Positions 24,408-26,572 of a stretch of DNA of 26,572 nucleotides are shown piece after piece. The notes beneath the pieces are model-generated. The model saw only the letters and a list, made by a program, of their open reading frames with translations, did not search any database and was not told where the DNA came from. Where the stretch lies: assembly GCA_964534695.1 (NCBI GenBank), contig CAZHOY010000001.1, forward strand, positions 1-26,572. The letters are read 5' to 3'. The stretch is from an uncultured Actinomycetota bacterium (GTDB taxonomy: Bacteria > Actinomycetota > Humimicrobiia > Humimicrobiales > Humimicrobiaceae). Every line of letters begins with the position of its first letter. Position 1 is the stretch's first letter. A program made the translations under genes and the position numbers.

Positions 24408-26572
24408 TTGAAAAGCTCAACTGCGGGTGAGTTTTACAGGCCTAAGGAAATAGAAGAAAAAATAATAAAAAAATGGAAAAAAGAAAAAATATATTCTTTA
24501 AAATCAGATAAAGATGATCCAAAATATTATGTGCTGGAGATGTTTCCCTACCCTTCCGGAGAACCTCATATGGGCCATGCCAGGAATTATACCATCGGAG
24601 ACGTTATAGCCAGAATTTATTCAAGGAAAGGATACAGTGTTCTTCACCCTATCGGCTTTGATGCCTTTGGACTGCCCGCGGAAAATGCTGCTATAAAGAA
24701 TGGAATGCACCCTAAAGAAAGCACCGCGGCCAATATTGATAGAATGAGAAAAGCTCTGGTGCAAATGGGAATGAGTTATAATTTTAGTGATGAAATAATA
24801 ACCTCTGACCCCGATTATTACAGATGGACACAATGGTTTTTCCTGTTGTTTTACAAGATGGGCCTTGCGGAAAAAAAGAAGGCACCGGTTAACTGGTGCA
24901 ATTCCTGCCAGACCGTACTGGCAAACGAGCAGGTTATTTCAGGCAGGTGTGAAAGATGCGACAATCCGGTGGAGAAGCGGACACTATCCCAGTGGTTTTT
25001 TAAAATAACCAATTATGCCCAGAGGCTTCTTGATGATATGGAGCTGATTAAAGACGGATGGCCCGAAAGGGTACTCACCATCCAGAGGAACTGGATAGGA
25101 AGGAGTGAAGGTGCCATAGTTGATTTTAAACTTGACGGCAGTGAAAATATTTCTATCCCCGTATTTACTACCAGGCCTGATACATTATTCGGAGTTACTT
25201 TTTTCATTATAGCTCCCGAACACTTCCTTATAGATGAAATAGTAGTAGACGAAGAGTATAAGAAGGAAGTGAAAAAAGTAAGAAAAGTAATTTCAGGACA
25301 GAGTGATATTGAGCGGGGTTCGGCCGAAATAGAAAAGATAGGCTGCTTTACAGGGAGATATGTCATTAACCCTTTAAATGGACAGGAAGTTCCCATATGG
25401 ATTGCCAACTATGTTCTGCTGGAATATGGGACCGGTGCCATAATGGCAGTTCCTGCCCATGACCAGAGGGACTTTGAATTTGCATCGAAATATAACATTC
25501 CCATAAAAGAAGTGATATCCCCTGACGGTAAAAGCCATAAGGATTTAAGCACTGCATATACCGGTGAAGGAAAAATGATAAATTCCGGGAGGTTCAGCGG
25601 TATCGATTCGGAAAAGGGGAAAAGAGAAGTGACTTCCTATATTGAGAAAAATGATATAGGAAGATTTAATATAAGCTATAAGCTAAGGGACTGGCTGATC
25701 TCAAGACAGAGGTATTGGGGGGCACCGATCCCTGTCGTTTACTGCGACAGGTGCGGTACGGTTCCAGTTCCGGAAAAGGATTTACCTGTGCTGCTTCCTT
25801 ATGAAGTGGATTTTAAGCCAAAAGGTTTATCGCCTCTGCTTTACTGTGACCGGTTTGTAAATACCACCTGTCCCCGTTGCGGAGGTAAGGCCAGGAGAGA
25901 AACAGATACCATGGATACTTTTGTCTGTTCTTCATGGTATTTTTTAAGATACTGCAGTCCGCATAACAGCAAGGCTGCTTTTGATAAAAAAGAAGTCAGC
26001 CGCTGGATGCCGGTAGACCAATATATAGGCGGAATAGAACATGCCAGCATGCATCTTATATATTCCAGGTTCTTTATTAAAGTCCTTTACGATAAAGGAC
26101 TTATAAATTTTAGGGAACCTTTTATAAAATACTTCCCCCACGGTGTAGTAAATCTGGGTGGTCAGAAAATGTCCAAGTCCAAAGGAAATATCGTGAACCC
26201 TTCTAAAATTTATAATAAATATGGTTCGGACGCATTGAGGTTATACATACTTTTTATGGGCCCTGCCGACAGTCCGGTGGACTGGAGCGACAGTGGGGTA
26301 GAGGGAGCAAGCAGGTTTCTGGGCAGAGTATGGAGACTGGTAATTAAAAATATAAAACTGGCTGGCAGTATAAGGGCGGCCGGCAGGAAGGATGGTATGT
26401 GGGGGGGAATCCCGGAGAATATTAAGAAAAAGTTGTTGGAAGGAAAACTCACCGGTATTGAAAAGGAATTATTCAGGAAGTTGCATCAGACCATAAAGAA
26501 GGTGTCTGAAGATATTCTGGGTAGATTTAATTTTAATACTGCCATAAGTGCCATTATGGAACTGGTTAATTT
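24408..26572 (+). CDS. leuS: Leucine--tRNA ligase (3' truncated by window edge)
   Basis: Not in the ORF track because there is no stop. TTG 24408 lies 7 nt after GAAAGGA; YVLEMFPYPSG, HMGH (HIGH), editing-domain FTTRPDT and GTGAIMAVPAHDQRD, DWLISRQRYWG, KMSKS at ~26166. These motifs all lie in one frame, which is open to the window end. Confidence 0.97.
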   Translation, partial: MKSSTAGEFYRPKEIEEKIIKKWKKEKIYSLKSDKDDPKYYVLEMFPYPSGEPHMGHARNYTIGDVIARIYSRKGYSVLHPIGFDAFGLPAENAAIKNGMHPKESTAANIDRMRKALVQMGMSYNFSDEIITSDPDYYRWTQWFFLLFYKMGLAEKKKAPVNWCNSCQTVLANEQVISGRCERCDNPVEKRTLSQWFFKITNYAQRLLDDMELIKDGWPERVLTIQRNWIGRSEGAIVDFKLDGSENISIPVFTTRPDTLFGVTFFIIAPEHFLIDEIVVDEEYKKEVKKVRKVISGQSDIERGSAEIEKIGCFTGRYVINPLNGQEVPIWIANYVLLEYGTGAIMAVPAHDQRDFEFASKYNIPIKEVISPDGKSHKDLSTAYTGEGKMINSGRFSGIDSEKGKREVTSYIEKNDIGRFNISYKLRDWLISRQRYWGAPIPVVYCDRCGTVPVPEKDLPVLLPYEVDFKPKGLSPLLYCDRFVNTTCPRCGGKARRETDTMDTFVCSSWYFLRYCSPHNSKAAFDKKEVSRWMPVDQYIGGIEHASMHLIYSRFFIKVLYDKGLINFREPFIKYFPHGVVNLGGQKMSKSKGNIVNPSKIYNKYGSDALRLYILFMGPADSPVDWSDSGVEGASRFLGRVWRLVIKNIKLAGSIRAAGRKDGMWGGIPENIKKKLLEGKLTGIEKELFRKLHQTIKKVSEDILGRFNFNTAISAIMELVN

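Noticed and set aside
1-26572. tRNA/rRNA genes, CRISPR arrays, IS elements, recoded stops or frameshifts
   Set aside because: No cloverleaf, repeat-spacer pattern or transposase seen; all housekeeping genes read full length in the standard code.

Overview
AT-rich bacterial chromosomal window (roughly 35-40% GC by eye) dominated by a conserved housekeeping backbone on the + strand: (probable folC end)-ndk-DUF4321-maf-mreBCD-mrdA-rodA-TIGR03960 radical SAM-TIGR03936 partner-rne/rng-rplU-rpmA ... obgE-proB-proA-nadD-yqeK-LCP/LytR_C-rsfS-leuS (truncated by the window edge and missing from the ORF track). The normally contiguous rpmA-obgE junction is interrupted by a ~5.5 kb accessory block: a tandem HD/HD-GYP phosphodiesterase on the - strand, a ~14% GC divergent promoter region with repeats and a hairpin, an RHH-PIN (VapBC-type) toxin-antitoxin pair followed by a TauE/SafE exporter, and two coupled Zn-dependent dehydrogenases. 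The most notable observations are: rplU can only be full length from an ATT start codon; the RNase E/G carries an extra KH-like GxxG segment and a C-terminal TRAM domain and sits directly after the uncharacterised radical SAM/TIGR03936 pair (candidate RNA modification/processing module); and the LCP protein lacks the catalytic arginines and has two LytR_C domains. No tRNA, rRNA, CRISPR array, transposase or integrase was seen. All family calls come from motif recognition, not database searches.
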